A DNA stretch of 63,350 nt, counting the filler, from Octopus bimaculoides (lineage: Eukaryota), in NCBI RefSeq assembly GCF_001194135.2. It is 6 parts of 5 records of this genome, joined end to end, with 100 filler letters (N's around TTAATTAATTAA, not from the genome) between each part and the next. Parts side by side here need not be neighbours in the genome. Positions count along the whole stretch, not along the records: positions 38,207 to 57,290 come from NC_068981.1; positions 57,391 to 63,350 come from NC_068981.1; 4 more parts are not named here. One strand, 5' to 3'. Every line of letters begins with the position of its first letter. Positions within the stretch are counted from its first letter, which is position 1. Under the pieces are notes generated by a model. The model was not told the origin of the DNA, made no database searches, and saw only the letters and a program-made list of their open reading frames with translations. Below, in pieces: positions 47,598-60,220 of this stretch. Made by a program: the position numbers and the translations under genes.

Positions 47598-48125
47598 TCC
47601 TTTCTACAATAGGTACAAGGCTTGATATTTGGAGGGAGAGGATAAGTCTATTACACCGACCCCAGTACATATCTTGTGTAGGGTGGTCTGAAAGTTTTGT
47701 TACCCACTACCGAAAGTACTAAGAACAATAGAAGGACAATATAGTAATAGCAAACACATGTACTGGTTTTAGTATATTCACTCTCATTGATACTGACAGT
47801 CACACATCGAGAAGGTCTGTATGAACACCATCATTTTCATGCGGCGCCATGTCTTTCGTTATACTTTACGAAGCTGTTGGTGTCATGGAGATCCTTTCGA
47901 TGTGTGACTTTCAGTGTCAATGAAAGTGAATATACTAAAACCAGTACATGTGTTTGATATTATTATATTGTTCCTCTGTTGTTCTTATTACTTTTCGGTA
48001 GGGGGTGACAAGACTTTCGGACCACCCTATACATTATTTCATCGAGCCCAAAATTATGAAAGACGAGATTTGAACCCAGAACGTAAAGAATCGGGAGAAA
48101 TACCTCATGGCATTTTGCTCGATGT
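47598..48125 (-). mobile_element. SINE family B split by a MITE
   Basis: The halves ...GACCCCAGTAC (47670) and TACATTATTTCATCG...GAACCCAGAACGTAAAG (48030-48125) rejoin into the family B consensus order. Confidence 0.7.
47681..48027. mobile_element. Tc1/mariner-type MITE, 347 bp, TA target duplication
   Basis: TA|GGGTGGTCTGAAAG...CTTTCGGACCACCC|TA, with imperfect arms of about 150 bp. Confidence 0.85.
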
Positions 48126-48128
48126 ATA

Positions 48129-48190
<62 letters not shown>

Positions 48191-48206
48191 CAACAACGAC
48201 AATGAT

Positions 48207-48419
48207 ACTGGTTTCAAAATTTGAGTCAAGGCCAGCAATTTCGGGGTAAGGAGTAAGTCGATTATATTAACTCAAGTGCCCAACTGGTACTCATTTCATC
48301 GGCCCGAAAGGATGAGTAGTAAAGTTGACCTTGGCCGAATTTGAACAAATAACGTAAAGATGGACGAATGCTGCGAAGCATTTGTCCAGCGTGCTTAACA
48401 ATTCTCCCAGTTCGCGGCC
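48207..48419 (-). mobile_element. SINE family B
   Basis: Aligns with 11666-11876 and 51756-51962, and is adjacent to an (ACT)n tract. Confidence 0.8.
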
Positions 48420-48672
48420 AATAATCATAATGGAACACGGTCTTTCATTGTTTATCTACGGTGTGTCAATCATATGAGAGAATAGGGAATCAGCGAATAG
48501 CACGTTTATGGAGTTTGAAAATATTGCTACAAAAAGATAACAAAATTAGTTAAAGAGTTTACTGAATAGCTACACTACGATAATGCAATATCTATGTATA
48601 TCTATTTATCAATCTATCTGTTATCTGTCTGTCTGTCTGTGTTTACTAAATAATAATTCTACGATAATCCCG

Positions 48673-48708
<36 letters not shown>

Positions 48709-48824
48709 TGTATGTATGTATGTATGTATGTATGTATCTATCTATCTATCTATTACACACACACACACACACTCACACACACACACACACATATATATAC
48801 TATATATTTTTCTTTCTTTTATTT

Positions 48825-49208
48825 TCACTTGTTTCAGTCATTTGACTGCGGCCATGCTGGAGCATCACCTTGAAGGGTTTTAGTCGGACAGATCGACCCC
48901 AGAACTTATTTTTTAAGCTTAGTACTTATTCTATCGGCCTATTTTGCCGAACCGCTAAGTTACGGGGACGTAAACACACAAACACTAGTTGTCAAGCAGT
49001 GATGGGGAACAAACACAGATATAGATGTACATATATTCACATATACGACGTGCTTTTTTCAGTTTCTGTCTGCCAAAGCCACTCACAAGGCTTTGGTTGG
49101 TCCGAGGCTATAGTAGCAGACACTTGCTCAAGGTGCCATGCAGTGAGATTAAAACCGGAGCCATGTGGTTAGGAAGTAAGCTTCTTACCATACAGCCACG
49201 CCTGCGCC
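48825..49208 (-). mobile_element. SINE family A (full length)
   Basis: Head GGCGCAGGCGTGGCTGTATGGTAAG, body and tail as in the other copies. Confidence 0.9.
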
Positions 49209-49217
49209 TGTATGTAT

Positions 49218-49290
<73 letters not shown>

Positions 49291-51315
49291 CACACACACA
49301 CAATGTGATGTGATATAATATGATAGCAATAAAATAAACACCAGTCAAGTATCGAGGTCGATTAAATAGTTTATACCCCTTCATTGCAAATTTATGTCTT
49401 TGTAGGAATGTCAGATACCAAATAGGGGTAGTGAAAGGTACATTTAATAAAGCGTTGGACATATTGTCTTACGGTATTTAATTAAAGTGCTTTGCATACT
49501 GAATTCAAGAACCACCCGAGTTGATTTTAATTTAGGTCATTGCATGCCCAAAGAAATAGCAGGCTGATTTAGCAGACTGTGTACTCGTCTAAAATAGCTT
49601 TGTGTTAATGTTAGAAATTGTAAATAACATCTAATATATGAAGTATTAAGTAGCAAATTTTACAAAAATTACTTACTTCATATTTGATCAAATCCAAAAA
49701 ATAGATAACAGTTTTTCATGATATAAAATTACAATCTCTATGTAAATATTTAATTTTGAGGAAAAATATGGGGAATTGACGAATATAATTTGTTCATTTC
49801 TCACGCAAGATGTATACAGCTCCAGAGTTTAACCAGAATGCGTCAGACTAATTATATTCGGAAATGATTTCATTCATAGTCTGCAGGGTTCACAAAAATC
49901 CGCAAGTCAACTAACTACTATTGAATGCGTAGAGCGTTTACACCTAAATTCCTGATAACGACCTTGTCAATTGCAAACAGGTGTTCTACAGCTGCGGTTA
50001 ATGCGTCATTGCAAATGCTTCAAGACATGTAAAATAGCTGTACACGTGGTAACTAATCTATTGTAATTATTTTATCTTGGCAGGGGATGCATTATTACTA
50101 CACCGTTCTTGTTAATGAGTGCTATCGCTATCGCTATTGCAGTTTAGCCGTAATGCGATGCATAGAGCAATAGTGAGATTACAATTAATGGAAGCTGTGG
50201 TATATCGTCCGTGAATATTTCAAATTTCTACTGCTCTGTATTCTAATTCGCAGAAGATTCAGTGGCTGGTCTATATATATAGCCTTTTCAGTATAAATCA
50301 CACTAAGGTCAAATCGATAAAATAAAAGTGTCAGCAACAGAGTTTTATGTAGTGAAACTTTTGTTAGTTCGTGACCGGACTAGTTTTTCGACTTAGCGGG
50401 TAGCTGAACGTGTGTCGAAAAGAGAAGTTTGGCCTCATCTTGCATGCAATGTGTAGTTGAAAGCAAATCTGGAAGCAAGTGTGATGACTTTATCAGCATG
50501 GGTACTACATAAACGTCCACCTCAGGGGTGACAGGTAAGAGAATTCCACAATTTAGAAGAAATTCTACTAGCAAGTACGATTCGGGAAACTTGCTGGTCA
50601 TGTAATACACAAAGATAATTTTTTCTTTCTCGATGAACATCTTGCGAGTGTTGCAATGGGTGACGTTTGATACTTTATGCGTTTTGGGTAGTTGTTCTCG
50701 CATGTAAAGTTATTCGGTAGATTACTACCGCTTCTTAATGTGGAACGAACGTAGATATATTTAGACAACTATGTCTGTTATCATGTAATTATTCTTTACT
50801 GATTATCCTCATATATAACAGAACGCCAGGGAAGGAGCTTCTATAACGATATCCAACTTGCTAGAAATTGCAGCTAAATTTCCGGAACAAAACACTGGTG
50901 GATAATACAGGTCTAAATACAATATGTAAAAAATGGTTGGATGGTCACAGTTGAAATGTCTTTGATGATATGTCTACTTGATCAGAGTTATTCTGGAATT
51001 AAGCAACAACGATGACTGAATGACATCAATTTGACCTCATCATACAGAATAATTAGAAGCATAAAGTTAGCATTAAACTGAAGCTCGAGGGAAAAAAAAA
51101 AAGATGTTAGACTACTGGAGGGTGTAGGCAGGAATAGGTGAACCAAGTATACCGATGAAAGACGTTGGAAACTCTGTGAACGATCGCTCACGCAGCATGG
51201 CATGACATTTGATTATGTTGCTACCATATTTTTATTGGTAATATATCTGACCTCTATATTGACAAATAGCACGGAGGTAGCGTATAGTCAATCTAAAAGG
51301 TTTAGTTCTCCAAAT

Positions 51316-52343
51316 ATTAATGATATACTGATTGAACACCCCATAAATAAATAGCCGTATTAATTTAATGCTATTCAAAAGAAGCTTTTGATATTTATGA
51401 AGCAGCTGTTCTTGAAACACTTATATTGTGCTTGGAAAGAAAATGCAAATCAAATTTTGCTTCCTGGACTCCTAACTCATTTCCATTCGTAGCTATGATG
51501 GTCTTCATAATTTTTTTTCAAGACGAGTCATTTGGAGATTTTCTACTTGGTAGCATATTTTCAATGTAATAAGTCAAACAACCCTAAAAAAAAAACGGTG
51601 ATTACGTGTTTACGCTCAAATGTTAGTATCAGAATATCACCACGATTAATATGTTATATTTAAAGGTGTGATACGATTCGAACGATGATATTAAGTCCAG
51701 ACAAAAGGCGATGAGCTGGTAAAATTTATATTCAGCATCTCGGTTTGGATTTAATACTGGTTTTAAATTTTGGCATATGGTCGGGGGAGGGGGTAAGTCG
51801 ATTACACTGACTCCAGTGTTTAACTGGTACGTATTTTATCGACCCCGAAAGGATGAAAAGCAAAGTCGATTTCGGTGGAATGTGAACTCAGTACGTGAAA
51901 ACGGACGAGATATCTCTAAGTATTTTGGCCGGCGTGCAAATGACTCTGTCAGTTCACCGCCTTTGGTCTAGATTTAATATCACCGATCGAATCGTATCAT
52001 ACCTTTAAATATAACATATTAATCGTGGTGGTATTCTGATATTAAAATTAGGGCATAAACACGCGGTCTTCATTTTTTGAGGGTTGCTTGACTTTTTACA
52101 TTGAAAAATGCTATCAAGTAGATCTCCAAATGACTCGTCTTGATAAAAATGATGACAACCGTCATAGCTACAAACGGAAATGTGTTAGGAGGCCAGCAAG
52201 AAAAATTTGATTTGCAGTTTCTTTCCAAGCACAATATAAATGCTTCCAGAATAGCTGCTTCGTACATATCAGCAGTTCCTTTGAAGAGCACTAAATTAAT
52301 ACAGCTATTTATTTATGGGTTGTTCAATCAATATATCATTAAT
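51316..52343. repeat. large diverged inverted duplication (about 400-bp arms) around a SINE B
   Basis: 51316-51719 matches the reverse complement of about 51950-52343 at roughly 80% by eye. Both arms end in the SINE B head. Confidence 0.9.
51756..51962 (-). mobile_element. SINE family B
   Basis: Minus head AGGCGGTGAACTGACAGAGTC, B-box GAGTTCACATTCC, and core ATCCTTTCGGGGTCGATAAAATACGTACC. Confidence 0.85.
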
Positions 52344-52785
52344 TCTCTTTTGTATTTCAATAAAACTTAGTCAACCTCAAACTATCAACTATTATATTGT
52401 AAATCAATGTAATACACCTCTATTATCCATACACAGGCATATGCAAACCAGACAAAGAAATACCACCTTTCGAGTTAAGTTTTAGTGTTATAGTCCCGCC
52501 CGCATCTGTCTACTGCTGCGTGGGAAAATATCTAGAATACACATAATAAATTAGAGGATATCTTACCTTATCAACTTTTTTTCAAAGTATTAACAGAAAA
52601 CTTTGAAAAGAAGTTAATAAATTGTACAAGTTAACTGAGGAAGTGAATCATAGTCAAACAAAAGAATGCGGTATGGTAACGAATTTGCATCTGGAATTCC
52701 AAGACATTTAAAAGCCGACGCGTGAGATATAATTACGCAGTTCACTTCAAAATGTATTTGATGAGAATAATATAATGACAACAAT

Positions 52786-52837
<52 letters not shown>

Positions 52838-52964
52838 TCTTATATANNNNNNNNNNNNNNNNNNNNNNNNNNNNNNNNNNNNNNNNNNNNNNNNNNNNNN
52901 NNNNNNNNNNNNNNNNNNNNNNNNNNNNNNNNNNNNNATATATATATATATATATATATATATA

Positions 52965-53886
52965 CAGGGTGCGATGGATAAATTTTTGCAATTTTATATT
53001 TTTTATTTCACGCATGTGCATTGTTTGTTTTTGACTTTGTCGACTACACAGTATAGTAGGATCAGTTGGGCACCGTCTGTGGAAAAAAAAACAGCACCAT
53101 GACTCAATTCGCTTTGCCAGAAATTTGGAAACGACATACTGTACTGCTAGCCATTCGTGTCGGAAGCTCCAATACGAAAGTTTCAAGTATTTGGGTGTCA
53201 ATCTGAAGACAGTGCAGAGGATTTCGGAAAAGTTGGATGCGCCTAATGATGATTATGAAGGTATTGCAACTCGGAAAACTTACTCTGATCGTTCTAATAA
53301 GAAAACAACTGAATTTGTTGGTGAGATCCAAGCCATGATTGACAACGATCCTTCCAAATCAGTCTGGTCCATCGCCAGAGACATGGGAGTGTCTGAGTTT
53401 CTTATCAGGCAGGTAGTGCTTGACGACATTCAGTATTTCTCATACAAGATGAGAAATGACCAATTTTTATCTCAAGCTGCCAAGGACAAGAGGAAAGACC
53501 GCATTACGATACTTTTGAACAAACTCAAGCATCTCCTCTAACCGAACATGCTTTGATTTTTCTCAGACAAGAAAAATTTCTGCCAGGATCAGATGGTGAA
53601 CAAACAGAACAACCGTTGGCTTGCTGTGTCTCCAAAACATGTACCGAAAGTGATAAAAATCAAACATCTAGTCAGCATCATGGTGTTTGGAGTGATCACT
53701 AGTAATGGCGACGTTATGCCTCCATTCAGCTTTCCACACAGCCTCAGACTCAACACAGAGGCATATATCAAGTGCCTGGAGGAGGTAGTGCTGTCCTGGG
53801 TCAAGAGGGTGGCTGCTGGAAGACTCTATGTTTGGCAACAAGACTCTGCACCATGCCATACAAGCAGGAGAACTCGGTCATGGCTG
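52965..53886 (+). mobile_element. maT/DD37D-type Tc1-mariner transposon, 5' part with decayed transposase
   Basis: TA|CAGGGTGCG terminus, HTH remnant NDPSKSVWSIARDMGVSE, and FSDKKNF..DQMVNKQNNRW, MVFGVITSNG and VWQQDSAPCHTS. It is broken before the third Asp. Confidence 0.85.
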
Positions 53887-55330
53887 GTCACCTAACTCCC
53901 CGATCCAGCCTCGGAAGGTCGGGCCCAGTTCGACCACCCGGAGAACCACCGCCAGATACTGATGGACAACCCTATTTAATGCCTTGGACTGCTCCAAATT
54001 CACCAGTGCCCCGCCTGTGCCAGAAATTTTCCCAACCCTCTCTATGTAGCGAATGAGATGAAGGTTGTCGAATATCGTCCTTCCTGAGATGGCGCATGTC
54101 TGCGCCTTTCCCACCAGGTCTCCAACGACAATCCTCATTCTCCTCGCTAACACCTTGGCCAAAAGCTTTAACTTTGTGTTTAGCAGAGTTATGTGCCTAA
54201 AATTACTTACGTTATGCCCCTTGCTCGGGTCCTTTCTGATCAATGTCACAACTCCTCGGCTCACAGATTTGGGAAATTCTCCCATTCTGCTGCCTATTCG
54301 CGTAAACGCTGGCTAGTATGTTCCCGAACAAGTCTGGCATACTTTTATAAAATTCGTAAGGTAGGCCATCCAGTCCCAGTGACTTGTCCCCGGGGCACGC
54401 GGAAATTACCTCTGTGACCTCCTCAGCCATGATCGGCCCTTCACAGCGCTCAGCCTCCCCCACCGAAAGACGCGGGCCGCCGGCCAGGAAATCCCGTAGG
54501 GCATCCCAATGGTCCAACGTCCCACCCCCTCCGAACAACGCAGCAAAGTGCTCGTGAAAGACCTTGCACATTTCGTTTTGTCCTTCGATTTCTTGTCCAT
54601 GTTCATTTATCGATCTTCATTTATCACAGACCTAATCGTAGCATCCACGCACGTTGGGTTTCTACCGAGCGAGTCCACCCGGCAACGTCGATACCGTCGC
54701 GACCCAATGCACGTACCTTAGCCCGAACTCTGCATTCTTCGTGTTTTGGCATTGAGGTTTCAGTCTAAGGCCGATCTCGCCGCCAAAACTTGGGATGCAG
54801 AGCTCACCATCACCGCCTTTTCTAATGCCTTAACTAAGCCCCTTTCTACTCTATTCTTCTCTAAACTTAACTGTTTACTAAATCTAATTGACTCAGTGCG
54901 AATGGCTCTTTTTTGGAGACATGATTTCCTCGTAGCTGTTCAGGAGAGGTGAGAAAGCCTGCAGCTTGTCCAACTTGGTCTCTGTAGCAACCATCACATC
55001 TATTCTGTGTCCTGAGATCCTCTTTGACTCCAAGCTACGCACATTCAAACAGCCAATACGTAGTGCAATCATGTCATATCAAAGAGAAAAAGGAAGAAAA
55101 ATTCAGCGCTTACCTTGCTCATTTCCTTTTCTCGAGTGGGATAGTCCTTAGTACCACCGGGACCATCTCCTCTTCTTCTTTCTTCTCATCTAAAAATGGT
55201 TCAATCGGCGGGTTGAATATTTTAGGAAGATCCCTCACTTCCACAATGTTTTTTCTTTGTCTCTCTTTTAACTCTAAAAAGAGTTCTCTCGGCATTTTTA
55301 CTATATTTACACTATTATTGATTGTGTTAA
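53887..55330 (-). mobile_element. Tx1/L1-clade LINE fragment (ORF1 end, truncated APE, RT start)
   Basis: LRIGCLNVRSL...IDVMVATETKL (APE start), GLDGLPYEFY, NFRHITLLNTKLKLLAKVLARR and QTCAISGRTIFDNLHLIR. ORF 55119-55430 likely holds the ORF1 end. Confidence 0.85.
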
Positions 55331-55621
55331 TATGAACATGTTTTATGGTGCGGCTATATATATATATATATATATATATATGAGTACATGCTACTGACTG
55401 ACAAAAGGGACAGAAATGCGCATCTACCATTCTCCCTGTTGCTGCTGAATGGTTTTCGTTTGCTACTAATAATTTTGTGATTTTATCTCCGGACCGCAGT
55501 TAATTTTCCTTTCGTGATGTATTTGCATATCTGCATTAAGTATGATACACAGATGCTCTCCTTCTCGCTCTCCTCTCTCTCTTTCTCTTTCCCACTCTAT
55601 GTGTGCGCGTGTATGTATATG

Positions 55622-55660
<39 letters not shown>

Positions 55661-57290
55661 GTATTGTGTTGTGTCTGGGAAGTCACACTGCCTTAATATC
55701 TAACACACTCACCGGTTCAATTTCAATCATTTTTTTTGTCTTTCAAAAATTTTCCATTGATAAGGTTGCAAAAGCAACGAAAAGTTTTGGAAGACAAACA
55801 TTATAAATAAATAAATAAATGAGTTGAAATTGAATCAGTGAGTGTGTTAGATATCAAGGCAGTATGACACTCCTCACACACAACAAAATTTCTTTCAAAA
55901 CACACGAATTCACATAAAGAATCTTATAAACCAGATACAAAAACGAAGTATATATATATATATAAGTTCCTGAAATCGCTAGGAATAAGATTTTCTCTTA
56001 TAAATTTGGTTTCAGTCATCATATTAGACCATCGAACAATAATCAGAATCCTTTCAATACAAAATTCCTCGTATAGTACTTCCATTGCGAGAATGTCTTG
56101 ATCATTCCCCGACATATTTTCGGATAAGCATTAAATATCCGCCAAGTTTTTACTTCCAGTGTTTTGCTAATGTGTTCAATTTGAATATAATTTAGAACTT
56201 ACAGTATTTAAAAATCTCAAAAAGATTCCCTTCTTTAACTTTGTCGCATTTGCATTTTAGATATTTTCTTTTAGAAAGGTACCGGAAGCCTCTTGAATTA
56301 TCTTTACTTGTTGCTTTAACATTTTCCATTAAAGTAAGATTAATACGGAGCAATGATATATATACTCCCGTCTTCTAGAAGGTATTTGCCCGATTTTCTA
56401 AGCTGTCTTCACACCCATCTGCGTTCGAAAATTCCTTTATTTTCTGTTGATTACCGAGTCACCGTGCACTTATACGTTTGTTTACAAAATGTTCTCACAT
56501 TCCAAATATTATTTAGCATTATAAAAAAAAAAAAGATTTTACTTGTAGCCAAAAACCTCTTAATTTAATGGTGCAGATTGCTAACCTGGAATTTGAGAGG
56601 TACAGGGTTCAATTTTCTGTAGATGTTTGCTGGCCGCTTTCTCCCCCACCTCGTCTTTTAAAGGATATTTACCCGATTTTCTAAGCTGTCTTCATAACCA
56701 TCCTGCGTTCGAAAACTCTCTCATTTTCTATATAATATATATATATATACATACATACATATATTCAGAGGCCTATAATTGGCACAGTCCCAAACGTTTG
56801 TAATGAAAACACAATAGACTTGATCTCAAAATTTGACGGATAATTATTTTAACGGTTTGTGAAGGATGAAAGTACTAGAATAACGATTTTAACTCAGAAT
56901 GTTTGGAGATGTAGCTAAATACCGTGAGTACTCTCCTGATTCAATGTTTCACTAGCATTTCCGGTTATCCACTGTCCTTTATTTAGGTGTTACATAAACA
57001 ATCAACAGTGGAGTTAGAGGGGTCTTTAAACTAGACTTATTATCTTTCATATATTAATACAATCTAGTATTGAATATATCCCAATATTTCATATAATATA
57101 AACTTATACTTTATAATCTAAGCATATGGCTAGTTATTTTGACTGCTATTTTATTTTATTGATGTCGGAGGGATGAAAGGGTAAGTGGGGAGGAATTTGA
57201 ACTCCAAACATGACGAGCAGGAACAAATACTGCAATGCTTTACTTCCGATACTCTAACGGTCTTATTGCTCAGTCCCACACGCTATATAT

Positions 57291-57390
57291 NNNNNNNNNN
57301 NNNNNNNNNNNNNNNNNNNNNNNNNNNNNNNNNNTTAATTAATTAANNNNNNNNNNNNNNNNNNNNNNNNNNNNNNNNNNNNNNNNNNNN
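57291..57390. other. synthetic scaffold-join spacer
   Basis: 44N-TTAATTAATTAA-44N. Confidence 0.95.
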
Positions 57391-57451
57391 GAATCTATCC
57401 ACATGTATGTGTACGTAAATGCATGTATATATATGCATATATATATAAATA

Positions 57452-57790
57452 GAGTTATTAATATTTCTAAGTCTCTCTAAAGGAGACTACGGCAGCGGTA
57501 CTGGAAATTAATAGTTATCGCCAAGCCAACATGGCAGTCCCAAAATTAGGACGAAAGCTGCCGTGAATTAGCTCCAAGAAGCCATCGCCTCTAGCTAGCT
57601 ATGTGACACACGAAACCTGTGTCCTTTATAACCTTCGAACAGGGGAGGTCAGCAGTGTCCCCCTGCTGGTTTGGCATCTGCAGACTAGACTAGTTTCAGG
57701 GTGTTGCCCCTTGTCAATGCAGAGTAGCCAAGCCTTAGCCAGGCGGCGCTGCTGACTATCTGCTCGAAGGTTATTTATCTAATTTCAGTG
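57452..57790 (+). repeat. family E interspersed repeat flanked by 61-bp direct repeats
   Basis: Similar to 18190-18330. The flanks 57391-57451 and 57791-57851 are identical. Confidence 0.6.
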
Positions 57791-58105
57791 GAATCTATCC
57801 ACATGTATGTGTACGTAAATGCATGTATATATATGCATATATATATAAATAAGTATATATATATATCTGCTCCAGTGTGTGTGTACGTGTGTTTTGTGTA
57901 TCTATAGGTTGTGTATATGTGAAGGCTCGTGGCTTAGTGGTTAGGGTATCCGGCTCACGATCGCGAGCTCTTCCTCCATAAGGTGTTTGGGCCGAGACTA
58001 TAGTGGAAAAAATTTGCTCAAGGTACTGAAATTTCATTTAATTCCCAAAGTTCTTGTTAACGTGATATTAAAGGTGCAGAAGTATACCTGACCAAACTGG
58101 TACAA

Positions 58106-58183
58106 CGGAGATGAGGCGATCCTAAGCACATATGCACCTGGTTTCAGAAACCCTAGTGTTTTTAACCACTCGGCCACTCCTCC
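58106..58183 (-). pseudogene. degenerate class II (Ser/Leu-like) tRNA relic
   Basis: GGAGGAGTGGCCGAGTGGTTAA D-arm/A-box, an anticodon-like stem GGTT/AACC, a variable arm GCA-TATG-TGC, and partial acceptor pairing. The T-arm is largely deleted. Confidence 0.5.
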
Positions 58184-59052
58184 GTTCAATTTCTTTACTT
58201 GAAAAAGTGCGTCAGTCTTAATGACATAAATACTATAAACACATCCAAATGCTTTCATTTTGTTTTTTGTTTTTCCTTTTAGTTTTATTTCAAATTTGAT
58301 TTATTTTATTTTATTCATTTTACTTATCTATTGATTTTATTTATTTGTTATCTTAACATATTTCACTTCTCCCACCAAATTACGTATTTTACATTATTCA
58401 AATTTCCTTTATGTAGATGGGTTTTCTTTTCTGTCCGTGTTTTGAATTACAACTTTTTCAGATAGCAACGACCTTCTGAAAGATAGGTTTTGCGAATCAA
58501 GTCAGAAACAACCTTTCTAAATATGTATCCGTTTTATTTGTTTTTTTCCCCTCCTGTGTTGCAGGCTATTAACGAAACCCTTCATGAGTCGCTTAACTTG
58601 TACCTGTTAGAAATAACAGCCAATTTACCCTCAAATCACTCATTACCACTTTTCAAAAAGACATTTGAAAGACTGAATATTTCGTCCGGGGTGCATAATG
58701 ACTGCAAAATGATGGAGAGACGATAGTTAGAAAAAACGTTCTCGAAAGGTCTAATTGTTCATGGATCACGTTGAAGTTGAACAATAATGGTAGCAACAGA
58801 ATGAGCCAATGTGAGTGCGTCTACCGGGTCGCTCAATTTGCTGTGAATATCATTTAAATTTCTCTCATATCACACCTTGTTGGCTTTAAAAATAAAAATA
58901 AAACAAGGTCATATTGAATAATGCACAATAATGTAGTCGTAACTAGACACTCAACAGAAAAAAAAATTAAAGCTGGTATTGTTCACTAGGCCATTAGCTG
59001 CGTTGTAATAGTAGTGGTATATACGCTATATGGCTGAATGATTAACAAATTA

Positions 59053-59231
59053 GGCGCAGGCGTGGCTATGGGCGCAGACATGGATGCTTGTAAGAAGTTT
59101 GTTTTCCAGCCATATGGTTCCGGGATCCCTCCCACTGCATGGAACCTTGCACAAGTGTCTTCTCCTATGACATCGGCAGGCCAAAACCTTGTAAGTGAAT
59201 TTGGTAGACGGAAACTGAAAGAAGCTCGTCC
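59053..59231 (+). mobile_element. SINE family A, 5' half with duplicated head
   Basis: GGCGCAGGCGTGGCTATG is followed by a second GGCGCAG, then the body to GAAAGAAGCTCGTC. Confidence 0.8.
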
Positions 59232-59643
59232 TATGTATGTATGTATGTATATAGTTTTCAACGGCAAAATTTGCTATAACGGTTTGACTCAGCCGTCAAA
59301 GAACTGGATACATTACCCACGACGGCTTTCCTCAGTTTCCGTCTAAACCTGTTTCACTCACAAGGTTTGAGTTCATCTATGCTAGAAACCATTTAATTGC
59401 GAAGCTATCGTCTTAGTCACACAACCAGGAACGGCTTATATTTGCAGAGAAAAGGGCCGAAAAAAAATATTGCTTTATAATTATGTTTTATCTTGAAGTT
59501 CCGTATCTGTATATTCGTTACCCCACATCATATCTCGTTCATTTCTTTCTAGAATCGTTTTCAAGCATGAACCGTCATTCCTCTATATAAACTTATAAAT
59601 AGAATTCGTAGAGCATGGAATATAATATCTTGCAGTAATTGTC

Positions 59644-59848
59644 AGGCGGCGAGCTGACAGAATCGTTAGCACAACTGGAAAATGCTTAGCAGCATCACTT
59701 TCGTCTTTACGTTCTGAGTTCAAATTACACCGAGATCGACTTTACCTTTCAAGGTCGATAAAGTAAGCACCAGTTGAACACTTGCGTCGATGTTATCGAC
59801 TTACCTCGACCCCGACATTGCTGGATTTGTGTCAGGGTTTGAAACCGG
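59644..59848 (+). mobile_element. SINE family B
   Basis: AGGCGGCGAGCTGACAGAATCGTTAGC...GAGTTCAAATTAC...GGTCGATAAAGTAAGCACC...TTTGAAACC. Confidence 0.85.
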
Positions 59849-60220
59849 TATTAAAGCCTGCTTGATTAGGGTTGGATTGACTATGTCGAAATATCAATAA
59901 GAACAACAACAGGGTTACATTAGTGTTGTAAACCAAGGTATAAATACAAACATGATTACCTAAAAGCTTAAACGAATATAGAATCTATGAGTCAAAAAAG
60001 AAAACCACATGGCCGGTGGACGAGCTAGAATCAGCAGCCAAAATCCCTATCAAATATCCTCATCACCGTCGTGTTGGAGATATGATGTGACCGTAGACAT
60101 AGACAACACCGACAACAACAACAACGACAACAGTGACAACAACAAAACCAATACAACAAGCAAACCGCACCTACTAGAACCACAAGATTTTAGAATGATT
60201 ATCAGCGAGGTGCCGTTCTT

